Below, piece by piece: positions 51,765 through 63,960 of a stretch of DNA of 64,000 nt. Origin of the DNA: Octopus bimaculoides (Eukaryota); NCBI RefSeq assembly GCF_001194135.2, contig NC_068986.1, positions 76,615,401-76,679,400 on the forward strand, given 5' to 3'. The notes under the pieces are model-generated. The model had not been told where the DNA came from, made no database searches, and was given only the letters and a program-made list of their open reading frames with translations. How positions within the stretch are numbered: position 1 is the stretch's first letter; every line of letters begins with the position of its first letter. The position numbers and the translations under genes are program-made.

Positions 51765-52989
51765 CGTGATGTCCTCGTTGTTTTATTGAACTGAGTTTGG
51801 ATTTTTTAATTCATTGCACCTGCCCTCACACATGCATGCACACACACACACATGCACGCACACACACACACATGCACGCACACACACACACATGCACACA
51901 ATGGCATGTGTGTGTGTGTGTAGTTATATATATGTGTGTGTAGTTATATATATGTGTGTGTATGTATGTATGTATGTCTGTGTTGTCTTTTTGCTAGGGT
52001 TTTTTATGGCCTGTCATTTGCTGTTTATTTTCTTCATTCATGTCTGTCTATGAATTATATGGACGATTTGGGCTAGTCATTGTTATATCATCATCATCAT
52101 TTAATGTCTACTTTTTCCCGCCTGCTTGGGTTAGACAGAATTTGTTGAGGCAGATTTTGTATGGTCTGATGCCCTTCCTGTTACTAACCCTCGTCTGTTT
52201 CCAAGCAAAGTAATATTTCCTATAACTGGACCTGTTTTCATGGAAGACTGAGAATGAACAGCTACACATGCATCCCCCTATACATACTTACATACATACA
52301 TGTGTGTGTGTGTATACATATATAAAACATTAGTAATAAGGAGAATGGAGATTTGCACATCGATAATTGATTTTACAGTTATTTATAGCATATTAACATG
52401 ATCTACATGTTTCCACTGCGACGACTGTATACTGTTGCTTATGCAACTTGGCAATATTGTCAGTGCATTTTCATCAAGATCTGTACCTTAGGTCGCTTCA
52501 GATTAAAACTGGATGAAGAAAGAGAGCAAACACGGTATCTTCCTGGATGATATATACCTGCAAACCCACTTGCATATGTATGTATGTATGTACATACACA
52601 GCAGTGTTTAGACAAAGGCAACCTTTAGGTTAGTTAAAATATGTTTGTGACATATTTCAACTTCTAAAAGCTAATTCATTGTAGTTACCATGGGAAAAAA
52701 ATTGTCTCTTATGGTAAAAGGTGCAAAACACCATATTTGCCCAGTATTCGCCCTCTCTATCAGATTCCCAGATGAAATGTTTCTTGCTCTTTAGCACGTG
52801 TTATTATTATTGGCATAATGACCTTCCCAAGACACATGATTTGGTTTCAACACACGAATTTACATCAAGAATCTTGCAAACCAAATATAAAAATGAAGCT
52901 TATTTATTTAATTTTTTTTTTCTGTTTTTCATGCTTTTTATTTTTTTAAATTCTTGTCTTCACCAAAGTTTTTCTCTTTTCTGATTCAG

Positions 52990-53136
52990 GAAAATTTCTT
53001 ACCAGAATATGACTTTATTCGAGAGTATGAAGAATCAGCAGATGATGCGAATTTACTAAAGATGAGGGAACGAGCCATTCGAGGTTTCCTGGCTCAAGAA
53101 GAAACTTTTATCAAATACTTAGAGCATTTAGAAAAG
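52990..53136 (+). CDS. ABR: BCR/ABR-like RhoGEF, exon with the start of the DH domain
   Basis: Acceptor ttttctgattcag, donor AAG|GTTTCT, phase 0-0; ENFLPEYDFIREYEESADDANLLKMRERAIRGFLAQEETFIKYLEHLEK matches DH helix 1 (BCR 'ILASEETYLSHLEAL'). The symbol is a family-level call (BCR/ABR), not proven orthology. Confidence 0.85.
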
Positions 53137-53601
53137 GTTTCTATTGATTTTTTAAAAATTTAGTTAAAATTTTATTTATTAAATAATTTTATTGTTATTG
53201 TAATCTATTTTTCCTACATTACTTTGATAATAACTGTTACATAAATGTCCTATTGAAACAAAATGATAAACTTTGATTTTCCATTTCCATTTATAGGGAT
53301 AATAGTTATAATGGAAGGGATTAGTAAGCTGTGAAAGACTTACATTTCTGGTGGGTTCAGGCATAGTTGTATGATAAAGAAGTTTGCTTTGCAATCATGG
53401 ATTTGATCTCACTGCACGGTGCTTTGTGTAAATATCTTCTGCCGTAGTCTCAGGTTGGTGGAGGCACAATGGTCCAGTGGTTAGGGCAGCAGACTCGCGG
53501 TCATAGGATCGCGGTTTTCATCTACCAATTCTACTCAAAGCATTGGTCAGACTCAAAACTGCATGGTTTTAAGCTTGCACTTATACACACACACACACAC
53601 A

Positions 53602-53665
<64 letters not shown>

Positions 53666-53982
53666 NNNNNNNNNNNNNNNNNNNNNNNNNNNNNNNNNNN
53701 NNNNNNNNNNNNNNNNNNNNNNNNNNNNNNNNNNNNNNNNNNNNNNNNNNNNNNNNNNNNNNNNNNNNNNNNNNNNNNNNNNNNNNNNNNNNNNNNNNNN
53801 NNNNNNNNNNNNNNNNNNNNNNNNNNNNNNNNNNNNNNNNNNNNNNNNNNNNNNNNNNNNNNNNNNNNNNNNNNNNNNNNNNNNNNNNNNNNNNNNNNNN
53901 NNNNNNNNNNNNNNNNNNNNNNNNNNNNNNNNNNNNNNNNNNNNNNNNNNNNNNNNNNNNNNNNNNNNNNNNNNNNNNNNNN

Positions 53983-54051
<69 letters not shown>

Positions 54052-54450
54052 GTATTTTTATTGGATGAGGCTCCATAAGTCTGCTGAAATAAAATGTTGC
54101 ATGTGTTATTAATATTGTCTCCCAAGACACGACAAAATTTATTTCAACACATGAATTCACATAAAGTATCTTGCGATCTAAACAGTGGAAATTAGAGGAA
54201 AATATTTTTTTTTGCCTAACAACACTTATTTGATTTAGTCTTAGTTGTCAAATGCAAGTAATGTTCTGGCAGGGTAAAAATATGCTTTGCATCCATTTTG
54301 GTGTGAATAATTGAAGCTGTGATAATATACTGGAGTTCAATTGATTATGTCATATCATATCATATCACTACATCACTCCTTAACAAAATTTCATTATGTG
54401 TACATTTGAAGCAAATCATATTAATTTATTGTATTGTAATTATTTTACAG

Positions 54451-54636
54451 CTGATGGAGAAGTTCAGTTCATTAGTGAACAGTAAGGACAGTATACTAAC
54501 TCAACAAGAAATAGCAAGCATTTTTTCCAATGTCCCCAAGATTTTGAATGTCCATAGAGAATGTGTGCTGCAGCTGACTCCAAAGGTGCAGAATTGGAGT
54601 CATCCAGAGACTGTTGGACCAACACTAAAAGAACTT
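54451..54636 (+). CDS. ABR: BCR/ABR-like RhoGEF, DH domain exon
   Basis: Acceptor tattttacag, donor CTT|GTAAGT, phase 0-0; 'ILTQQEIASIFSNVPKILNVHRECVLQLTPKVQNWSHPETVGPTLKEL' aligns with BCR '[48 protein letters not shown]'. Confidence 0.9.
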
Positions 54637-56492
54637 GTAAGTTTATGAGTTTCCTTCTGTATTCCTCCTCCTCCTGTTCCATCATCACCATCACCATCAT
54701 CATGACCACCTTTAACATGACCACCCGACACACACTCTACCATCTCTCTATCATTCACTTTCTTACCACTCATCCTCTCTTCTGTTTTCTGTTCTAAACT
54801 GCTGCTTGTGTAAACTAAGGATGGCAATGGCTCTTGCCTATTCATTATATCATGATTTCTGTGTAACTACAGATGGTACTGGATCTGTCTGACCCTCTCA
54901 TCTCTCTTATTCACTGAAACATGATGCCTGAGTAGCATGGGATGATATTTGAATCTATCCATGTTCAATCCTCGCCCTACTACCATCCTTATCACTCTAT
55001 ATCCATCACCCTTTCTCTGCTCCCAGTCATCACTCACACTCCCTCTTTGGTCACACATTATTGACATCCCTCACTCCCTCTTATCATTGTTCACCTCTGT
55101 AACTGTCCTTCAATCTCTCCCCGCTACCACCTTTAGAGTCCAATCATTGTTCCTCTAATCATATTCTGACTTCCTTCAACCACTCATAGTAGTCCTTTTG
55201 TATTGCTCTCACGTTAATTCACATTTTGTTTATGTTTGTGTGTTTTTGTGTGTACCCTTATCTTGATATCATGTGATGGCTGTAAAAGAGCATCACCATC
55301 ATACAAGCGATGTTGTTCATTTCCAGTGTTCTGTGAAAAAATTTTCTGGCCTTGGGGAAATATTACCTTACCTCAGAAGGGTGAGCAACAGGAAAGGCAT
55401 CTGGCTTCAACTGGCCTCAATAAGTTTCATCTGACCTTGAAAGAAACCCATCATCTGTGTGTGTGTGTGTGAGACAGAGAGAGAGAATTTGTATTTCTCA
55501 ACTCTACACATGTGTTTCTTTGCTTGTTGTGAATAGTAGCTTTGCTAACAGCGTCACTTGCTTCCAGTCCACTAAGAAAGAAAATCCAAGTTTTTTGGGA
55601 CATGTCTTGATGTGTTGCCCAATCTTTGAAAACAAAATAGTAATTTTGGTGTCATTTTCTTTCTGGCTTCCACACACAAATATGTCTGAGCTGATTGTTG
55701 TTCAGTAGACTGAGATATCATTACCTCACTTTGAAACAGGTAGGGGTTGGCATCAGGAAGGACATCCAACCATAGAAAACTCTACTTCAATGTAGTATTG
55801 TCTGACCTATGCAAGCATGGAAAAATACAAGTGAAAATGATGATGATGATGACTCATACCAGCACATTAACTTTTTTGCTATTCAGTTTCATGTTTCCAA
55901 TAATCATAGAAAATATGAAGTGTTCACATTTAATCTGATTAGAGTCATAAAACTGTGACTAATGAAATACAAAGTAAAACAAAGTATTGGCTTCAACACG
56001 CGCACACACATACAAACACACACACACATACACACACACACACACTTTACCTTTAATATTGAATAACCTCTCTTTATACTTCTACACTCATACATTTGCC
56101 AATATTTGCATGCATGTGTGCACGCACGCATGCACACACACACAAGATCACATATAAATGTTCATACACATAAATACATAGGTATATAGTTGTTTTTCAA
56201 TTGACATAAATTTTCGAAAGTGACTAAAGTTTGATAAGTGTCTCACATGAAGCTTTTAGGCTCTGAGTCAGTTTTCTAACTTTCTGTAAATTAAAAAAAT
56301 GAATATATATACTCATCATGTTGAATCCCTACACATTTTTTTCTCCCTCCATTTGTTTTCCTCTCAATCTTTTCTGTTGAAGAGCATAGGCTCAAAATAT
56401 CAAGGACTTCCATTCTTCCCGAGCGTTAAACTAATACATCTACTTGTTGTTCCCTCACCTCTCTTTTGTTGTCTGTAAATTTGAACTATATA

Positions 56493-56537
<45 letters not shown>

Positions 56538-56541
<4 letters not shown>

Positions 56542-56652
56542 GAAGCCACTAGGTGGGCTGCTAATGTGCTAGAAGAAGATCACATGTCATGTGTCTACTA
56601 AGACCGAATAATTCTCAAAGGGAATTTAGCGAGGTACCTAGTGGCCTCCTTT
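56538..56652. mobile_element. 115-bp MITE inserted in a (TA)n tract
   Basis: 17-bp TIRs 'aaaggaagccactaggt' / 'acctagtggcctccttt' (one mismatch), TA runs on both sides. Confidence 0.75.
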
Positions 56653-57315
56653 ATATATATTTTTATATATACATATACAATAATCCTTTGAGATCTCAGA
56701 TATTTTTTCTGAATCTCCCTGATTCTTTTAATCTGTTTGTTCCCTGATATTAAATTGATATTAATTAATATCCAATTTTTTACCCTATTGTTTAATTATA
56801 TNNNNNNNNNNNNNNNNNNNNNNNNNNNNNNNNNNNNNNNNNNNNNNNNNNNNNNNNNNNNNNNNNNNNNNNNNNNNNNNNNNNNNNNNNNNNNNNNNNN
56901 NNNNNNNNNNNNNNNNNNNNNNNNNNNNNNNNNNNNNNNNNNNNNNNNNNNNNNNNNNNNNNNNNNNNNNNNNNNNNNNNNNNNNNNNNNNNNNNNNNNN
57001 NNNNNNNNNNNNNNNNNNNNNNNNNNNNNNNNNNNNNNNNNNNNNNNNNNNNNNNNNNNNNNNNNNNNNNNNNNNNNNNNNNNNNNNNNNNNNNNNNNNN
57101 NNNNNNNNNNNNNNNNNNNNNNNNNNNNNNNNNNNNNNNNNNNNNNNNNNNNNNNNNNNNNNNNNNNNNNNNNNNNNNNNNNNNNNNNNNNNNNNNNNNN
57201 NNNNNCACTATGAAAATGCATTCATTAAATGGTTTGAACTACTTGGCACCAGGAAGGTCTGCCAGCCATATCAGTGTTGCCAAAAAGAAAATCAAAATCA
57301 AAAAGAAAAGAAAAT

Positions 57316-57638
57316 CATCATCATCATCATCATCATTATCAATGTTTAACGTCCGCTCTCCATGCTGGCATGGGTTGGACGGTTTGACTGAAGGCTGGCT
57401 AGCCAGAAGCCTGCCACCAGGCTCCAATCTGATCTGACAAAGTTTCTCCAGCTGGATGCCCTTCCTAACACCAACCACCCCAAGAGTGTAGTGGGTGCTT
57501 TGTACGTGCCACGAGCATGAGGGCCAGTCAGGCGGTACTGGCATTGACCACACTCAAATGGTGCTTTTTTACATGCCACTGGCATGGGAGCCAGTCAGGC
57601 GGCACTGGGAACAATTATGCTCAAATGGTGCTTTCTAC
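57316..57638 (-). mobile_element. RTE-type 3' end
   Basis: (CAT)n tail on the left; reverse complement of the 51290-51611 family. Confidence 0.85.
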
Positions 57639-58177
57639 GTGTATTTCTTAACCACAGTCATACTTGCTCTTTGGAAGAAAGAAAGAAAATGTTACATATG
57701 CAAGATCAGAGATTGGTGGTTTTTCTTTGTTGTTATGAGTATGAGATGATGACCTACAAGAAGTAACAAAATGCTCTACTGGAACAGACTTGTCCAACTT
57801 ATGCCAGCATTGAAAAACAGATGTGAAATTATTATTATGTCTCATTAGTTTACAGTATCAGATTCAGGAAACAAGAACTGTCAAGAAAATGGTTTCAAAG
57901 AGATATGTCATTCCAATGAGATATATTTTGGGTGAAGAAAACTGGTAAAATGCTTATTGTTAGGTCAAACATGAATTCTATGAGAAGAGGAGAATCAAAA
58001 GAGGGCAAAGTTTTAGTATTGTAGAAGAGAAGAGGGAGGGAAAAAAGAGAGACACAAGAAATTGTCTGCTCAAATCTGTTTGAACAAACTTTGGAAGGAT
58101 TTTTGCTTAAAAGCCCCAATTTATCAGTTTTCTCACTGGTGTTTACATTGTTTACCAATATACACTGCTGAAAGATA

Positions 58178-58212
<35 letters not shown>

Positions 58213-58787
58213 CAGGATTCCATTCTGCACATTTTACTCAATGTAAAGAGGCAAGGACTGAGACCATTTGGCATTATGCCAGCCTTTGAGCATTGAGCCT
58301 CATGGAGGCAATGACTGAGTCCATTTGGAATTATGCCGTGCTTGAGAAAGGAGACCCATCAAGCCAAGTAAAACCGCTGTTGTAGCAGATACTGGTGTCA
58401 CACAAATGGCACCTGTGCCAGTGGTACGTAAAAGCACCCATTACACTCTCAGAGTGGTTGGTGTTAGGAAGGGCATCCAGCCATAGAAACCATGTCAAAA
58501 CAAACTAGAGCCTGGTGCAGCCTTCGAGCTTGCCAGCCTTGATTGAACTGTCTAACACATGCCAGCATGGACAAGAGTTGTTAAATGATAATGATGATGA
58601 TGTACTGGTCAACCAGACCCTATAATGGAAGACATAACTATGTTGTTATGAAGTGTATTTCTTAACCACGCAGTCATACTTGCTCTTTGGAAGGCTATCA
58701 TTTAATGTTATAGTATCCCTTCATTTCAGTGTTTGATGTATGATTTATAGAGAACTAATCTGTCCTTGTTTTTGTCTTCCATTTCAG

Positions 58788-58830
58788 GAAGCATACTCAG
58801 TCTCTGACAAAGAGAAAATTAACCTTATAA
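58788..58830 (+). CDS. ABR: BCR/ABR-like RhoGEF, 43-nt DH exon
   Basis: Acceptor tttgtcttccatttcag, donor TAA|GTAAGT, phase 0-1; EAYSVSDKEKINLI; joins 59434 in frame. Confidence 0.7.
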
Positions 58831-59433
58831 GTAAGTACAATTTTTTTAACATTTGTGGATCTCATATATTTAACATTAATGTGGACAGGACAGCAACGGA
58901 GCTTCTACAAGGTTACACAGCTTGCTGATATAGCAGAGAAATATCCATCAAATTACAACCTAACATCTTCAGAAATGTGGGATGAAAACATTAGCTTATA
59001 CACTTCTTGCAGAAATACCTTTAATCATGTATTTATTCAATTAAATCATCAACAACAACAATACTCACCTGGCTTGGACAATTGACTATATTCAGACATT
59101 TGTATGTGGTGTTGGAGACTGTGTTTTATGAAGGGATGATCTTTGTAATAACTCCATTAATTTAATGTGAATAACTCTACTTCTCAGTCACACAGCTATT
59201 CCTGAGCTTATGTGGAAAATTACCATACACTTGTATCTGCGTAATCTATATTTATATCATTATTTATGCCCTGTCTTCACTAACATATTCTATTATCTTT
59301 GTTCTATGTTCCATAAATATATATTTTTTAAAATATAAACATAGATATATTTATATTCAATATTATTTTTATAAATATTTTTTTTAGCTGAGGTATTTAT
59401 GAATATATCAATATATTTCTCTCTAATTTTCAG

Positions 59434-59486
59434 CCCTTCTCCAGAAACCCATAGGTCAACTTCAACAGAATGCTTCATTTATACAG
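59434..59486 (+). CDS. ABR: BCR/ABR-like RhoGEF, 53-nt DH exon
   Basis: Acceptor ctctctaattttcag, donor CAG|GTAAAC, phase 1-0; (T)LLQKPIGQLQQNASFIQ matches the DH CR3 motif (BCR 'TLLYKPVDRVTRSTLVLH'). Confidence 0.8.
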
Positions 59487-60409
59487 GTAAACACTTTGTA
59501 TTTTATTCTGAATTTTTTTTGTACTTAACCAATTAATTAAACACTCTCTCTTTTGTGCTTATAGACAATTATGTAAATAATCATTAAACTCTTGTGCAGT
59601 ACTAGGTTTTTGTCTGTTATGATGTCTTGAATTTACTAATGTTTTTCTATATATTGCCATGCAAACTCTTTTATAATTCCAAAACTCTGTAAGGTTAAAC
59701 TAAGTTGGTTCTTATATTGTAGATTATTTGAGAAACCTACTTATGCTCAAGACAAGATAGTGTAACTATAATGAAAATGTCGTAATGATCTATTAAATAT
59801 TTTGCTTTCCTTGTTTCTTTTAAAGAAAAAAAAATTGGAAACTTGTTGATCTAGAGTTTTTATTGGCTTTGGTAAAATAGTATTGTTGATGGAAGTAGCT
59901 CTTCTGCAGGAGAGGTAGCTCTCCTATAGCATGAAGGTAGAGGTGGCTGATTGAACTTGAGATTAAATACATCAATACATCAACTATAATTCTCATTGTA
60001 GATAGATGAAATATCAATTTGATCTCTGAGTTGGAATTCATGACTGTATACTATTCTTTAGTTTTTCTATTACCCAATTTCTATTACACGCATAATTGTC
60101 TTGTCTGTCTCAAGCATTTGTCCCAGTTTGATGTTTGAATAAAGTATCATTGCTGCATTGATAGATTGTATTACTTATGTAACAAGACTTTTTGTTGCTT
60201 TGCAAATGAAGAGGTTAGTTGGGGTTAAATATTACAAAATGTTGAATCATTATAATAAAATATTGCTTTACCCAACTTAATAGAGAAATTAGAATTGGTT
60301 GTTAGGATCAACTAAGTCTGCATTTCAAACAACTTGTTTGCATTGTTCTAAACAAATAATTTAGTTTTTCAGTAATCCTTTTTAAATGTAATATCCTTTC
60401 TACTGTTGG

Positions 60410-60605
60410 CATAAGGCCTGGAATTTTGGGGGTGGGTGAAAATCAATAATGTCAACCCCAGTGCTTAACTAGTACTTGCTTTATTGATCCTGAAAGCATG
60501 AAAGGGAAAGCCAACCTCCATGAAATTTGACCTCAGAAGATAAAGATGAATGAAATGCTACTAAGCATTTTCCTTGACATGCTAATGATTCTGCCAGCTC
60601 ACTAC
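60410..60605 (+). mobile_element. SINE family B
   Basis: 'ttggcataaggcctggaattttgg...ctgaaagcatgaaaggg...gattctgccagctc'. Confidence 0.7.
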
Positions 60606-61565
60606 CTTCTTTGTAAATGTAATACAAAAATTATTAAAAAAGGACGTGCTGAAAATTTTACATTAAACATTAATAGATACTTGCAGTACCCTTCAAAATT
60701 CCATGGTTATTTGAAAGCCTATAAATTTTTAGAAATTTATAGAGAATCATTTAATACATAATTTCTTTTGAAATTGTATTTTTCTAAAACTCTGAGTCTT
60801 AAATGAGAAGTTCACATAGGTAGTGCTGAAGGTACATTCTTAGGAGGGAACTTCTTTGAAAACTATGTTATAATAATTCTGTATGTTCCTCTGTCAGTTT
60901 GCTCATCTGTAATGCTTCCACGTGATTAGTTGAAGATGGGGGAGGGAAGAGAGGGAGGGGTGATGGTGAGTGAAACGTTTTTTTTTTTTAAACTAAGTTC
61001 TTCTCCTCCATTTCTTAGTCCATCTGTAACACTTTCATGTGATTAGTTGAAGGGAAAGGCAAAGATTGAAAGAAAAAGGAGAGAGAAAAAGAGGGTAAGG
61101 TGAAGAGTGGAAGAGAAGGAGGTAGAGTGCTGTGTATTAAGTCTATAAAATTGTTCATAAAGTACATAAAGTGTATATATAAAGTGCATTAAGTAATCAT
61201 CATATTCCAATTTCCTTCACTTTTCAATGATTAGCAGATGAGCAACTGTCTTTTGATACAGACACAAGACAGGCTACACTTTCAAGTTTCTTGCATAAAG
61301 TTTACCATTAATTCCATGAAATATTCACAGATCCCACTAGTATTATTTATTATATACATTTGCTACCTATTATTTTTATATCAAAAAGTGAACAATCTTA
61401 ACTATAGGACTAAAAGACATAATCTATCAATAATATTATTTTGCCATGACATGGCTACATTGATAAAACTTTAACGGATCGTAATATGTTATATTCATCC
61501 TATTTTCATATCTGAGAAAAGTGCATATAGTTGGACCTGAGTCCACAGTCCAGTGAATGAAGTAC

Positions 61566-61897
61566 TGTTCCAGTTGATCCGATCAATGGAACAGCCAGCT
61601 TGTGAAATTAACATTTGAGTGGTTGAACACTCCACAGACATGTGTACTCTTAATGTAGTTCTCAGGGAGATTCAGCATGACACAGTGTATGACAAGGCTG
61701 GCCCTTTGAAATACAGGTACAACAGAAACAGGAAGAAAGAGTGAGAGAAAGTTGTGGTGAAAGAGTACACCCACTGCCGGAGCCTCGTGGAGCTTTAGGT
61801 GTTTTCACTCAATAAACACAACACCCAATCTGAGAATTGAAACCGTGATCCCACAACTGCAAGTCCACTGACCTAACCACTGTGCCATTGCACCTCC
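61566..61897 (-). mobile_element. SINE family C
   Basis: Reverse complement of 28166-28550; head 'aaccactgtgccattgcacctcc'. Confidence 0.85.
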
Positions 61898-61913
61898 ACA
61901 CACACATATGTAA

Positions 61914-62100
61914 ATCATCATCATCATCATCATCATCATCGTTTAACGTCCGCTTTCCATGCTAGCATGGGTTGGACGATTTGACTGAGGACTGGTGAAA
62001 CCGGATGGCAACACCAGGCTCCAGTCTGATTTGGCAGAGTTTCTACAGCTGGATGCCCTTCCTAACGCCAACCACTCAGAGAGTGTAGTGGGTGCTTTTA
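61914..62100 (-). mobile_element. Young RTE-type 3' end
   Basis: 175 bp identical to 51437-51611 in the opposite orientation. Confidence 0.9.
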
Positions 62101-62541
62101 GCAAATGTGTGGAAGAGGTAGACTCAAGAAGACATAAGATGAAGTGGTGAAAAAAGGATTTTAAGACATTAGGCCCCAGAGAGGGAATAACAAGGAATCA
62201 AGACTTTTGGTGGTTTGCTGTGCTTGGGAAAACATGTCAAGCTAACTGAAATCATGGTTTTCCTTGCATACAGGCATATCCCCCCTCTTTAGTGGAGTGA
62301 CCCTAATCTTGCAGGTTTGTAGATGCTAGTGACATGTAAAATCACCTGTGCTAGTGTTGTGTAAAGGCACCCAGTACAGTCTGTAAAGTAGTTGGCATTG
62401 GGAAGGGCATCCAGCTGTAGAAACTATGCTAAAACAGACATGAAGCCTGGGCAGCTCTTCAGCTGGCCAACTCCTGTCAAACCGTCCAGTCCATACCAGC
62501 ATGGAAAAAACAGACATTACATGTTGATGAGGACAATGATG

Positions 62542-62574
<33 letters not shown>

Positions 62575-62791
62575 ACGTGAGAGAGTTAGGGGTTGGGGGT
62601 TCAACCCACTAAGGGATAGTATCTATCCAGTATACTGCTGGGAGGGTACCCAATTATTGCTACACTAGTGCTATACTAAGTGCNNNNNNNNNNNNNNNNN
62701 NNNNNNNNNNNNNNNNNNNNNNNNNNNNNNNNNNNNNNNNNNNNNNNNNNNNNNNNNNNNNNNNNNNNNNNNNNNNNNNNNNNNNNNNNNN

Positions 62792-62832
<41 letters not shown>

Positions 62833-63229
62833 CAAAATGGGACAAGAATGCAAAACATCCAGATAGACGATACAAAGAAAACAAGGACAGGTCATTAGAA
62901 GTTTTCTTTCCTCAGTCGAGTACCAGATTATCTTCGCAATTTCGGCTGATTGTACTCGAGGTTGCTCCAATCTGTCCAGCCCCAAGGAAAAACTAAGCTA
63001 AGAGCATTAGATTCTTTGGAAGAAAGCAGCGAATGTATACAAAAACAAGGACGGAAAAAAACGGACAATGTTACACAAATACAATAAAAATTATAACAGG
63101 ACATAACAACAGGTGTCTTTCGACTAAGGACAAATTAAATTAAGCTAGCATGTGTGGAGTGGCCATTTCATATCTTTAATTTCACACATGCACATCGTTT
63201 TGTTTTTCATTTTGTTGACTACACAGTGT

Positions 63230-63960
63230 AGTAGGATCAGTTGGGCACTGTCTGTGAGAAAAACAGCACTATGATGCAATTCACTCTGCCAGGAATTTGG
63301 AAACAACATGATGTGCTGCTTGGCATTTGTGCCAGAAGCTCTAATACAAACATTTCAGTGTTTGGGTGTCAATATGGGGACAGTGCATGTATCAAGAGTG
63401 ATAAAAATCAAACATCTAGTCAGCATCATGGTGTTTAAATTGATCACTAGTGATGGCAATGTTATATCTCCATTCATCTTTGCACACAGCCTCAAACTCA
63501 ACACAGAGGCTTATATCAAGTGCCTGGAGGAGGTAGTGCTGTCCTGGCTCAAGAAGATGGCTGCTTGGAATACCCTATGTCTGGCAACAGGACTCTGCAC
63601 CATGCCACACAAGCAAGTGAACCCAGTCATGGCTGTCAGACAATTTCTGCGACCACATCATCCCTAACATCTGGCCACCTAACTCTGCAGACTGCAACCC
63701 CCTTCATTATTATGTGTGGGGTGCAGTTAAACAAGTGACCAACAAAGCTCCTTGTAACACCAAAGATGAACAGAAGGCAAGGATTATGGTAGCATTCACC
63801 AACTTAATGAAGGAGACCATCCAGAAGAGTTGCAGGAGATTCCAAAGTTGTCTGGAGGCCCTGATTGAAGCCAAGAATAAACTTATTCTTTAGTATTTCA
63901 AGATATTTTTATGTAATTTTGCTAAATATATCTGTTAAAATGAGTTGTCAGTGTTATTTT
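63230..63960 (+). mobile_element. Tc1/mariner maT (DD37D) transposase C-terminal relic
   Basis: 'SIMVF..ITSDG...PFIF...LKLNTEAYIKCLEEVV', 'QQDSAPCH...WPPNSADCNPL(H)YYVWG'; 37 residues separate the second Asp from the third catalytic position, now His; stop and frameshifts. Confidence 0.85.

Noticed and set aside
52493-52535. Exon candidate RFRLKLDEEREQT
   Set aside because: Its phase-2 end would throw exon 52990 out of frame into a stop.
58855-59085. 76-aa ORF in the intron between DH exons
   Set aside because: No splice logic consistent with DH order, no recognisable domain or snoRNA boxes.
62885-62915. CUGAGGA hammerhead core on the - strand
   Set aside because: No GAAA or stem III and no cleavage triplet could be assembled.
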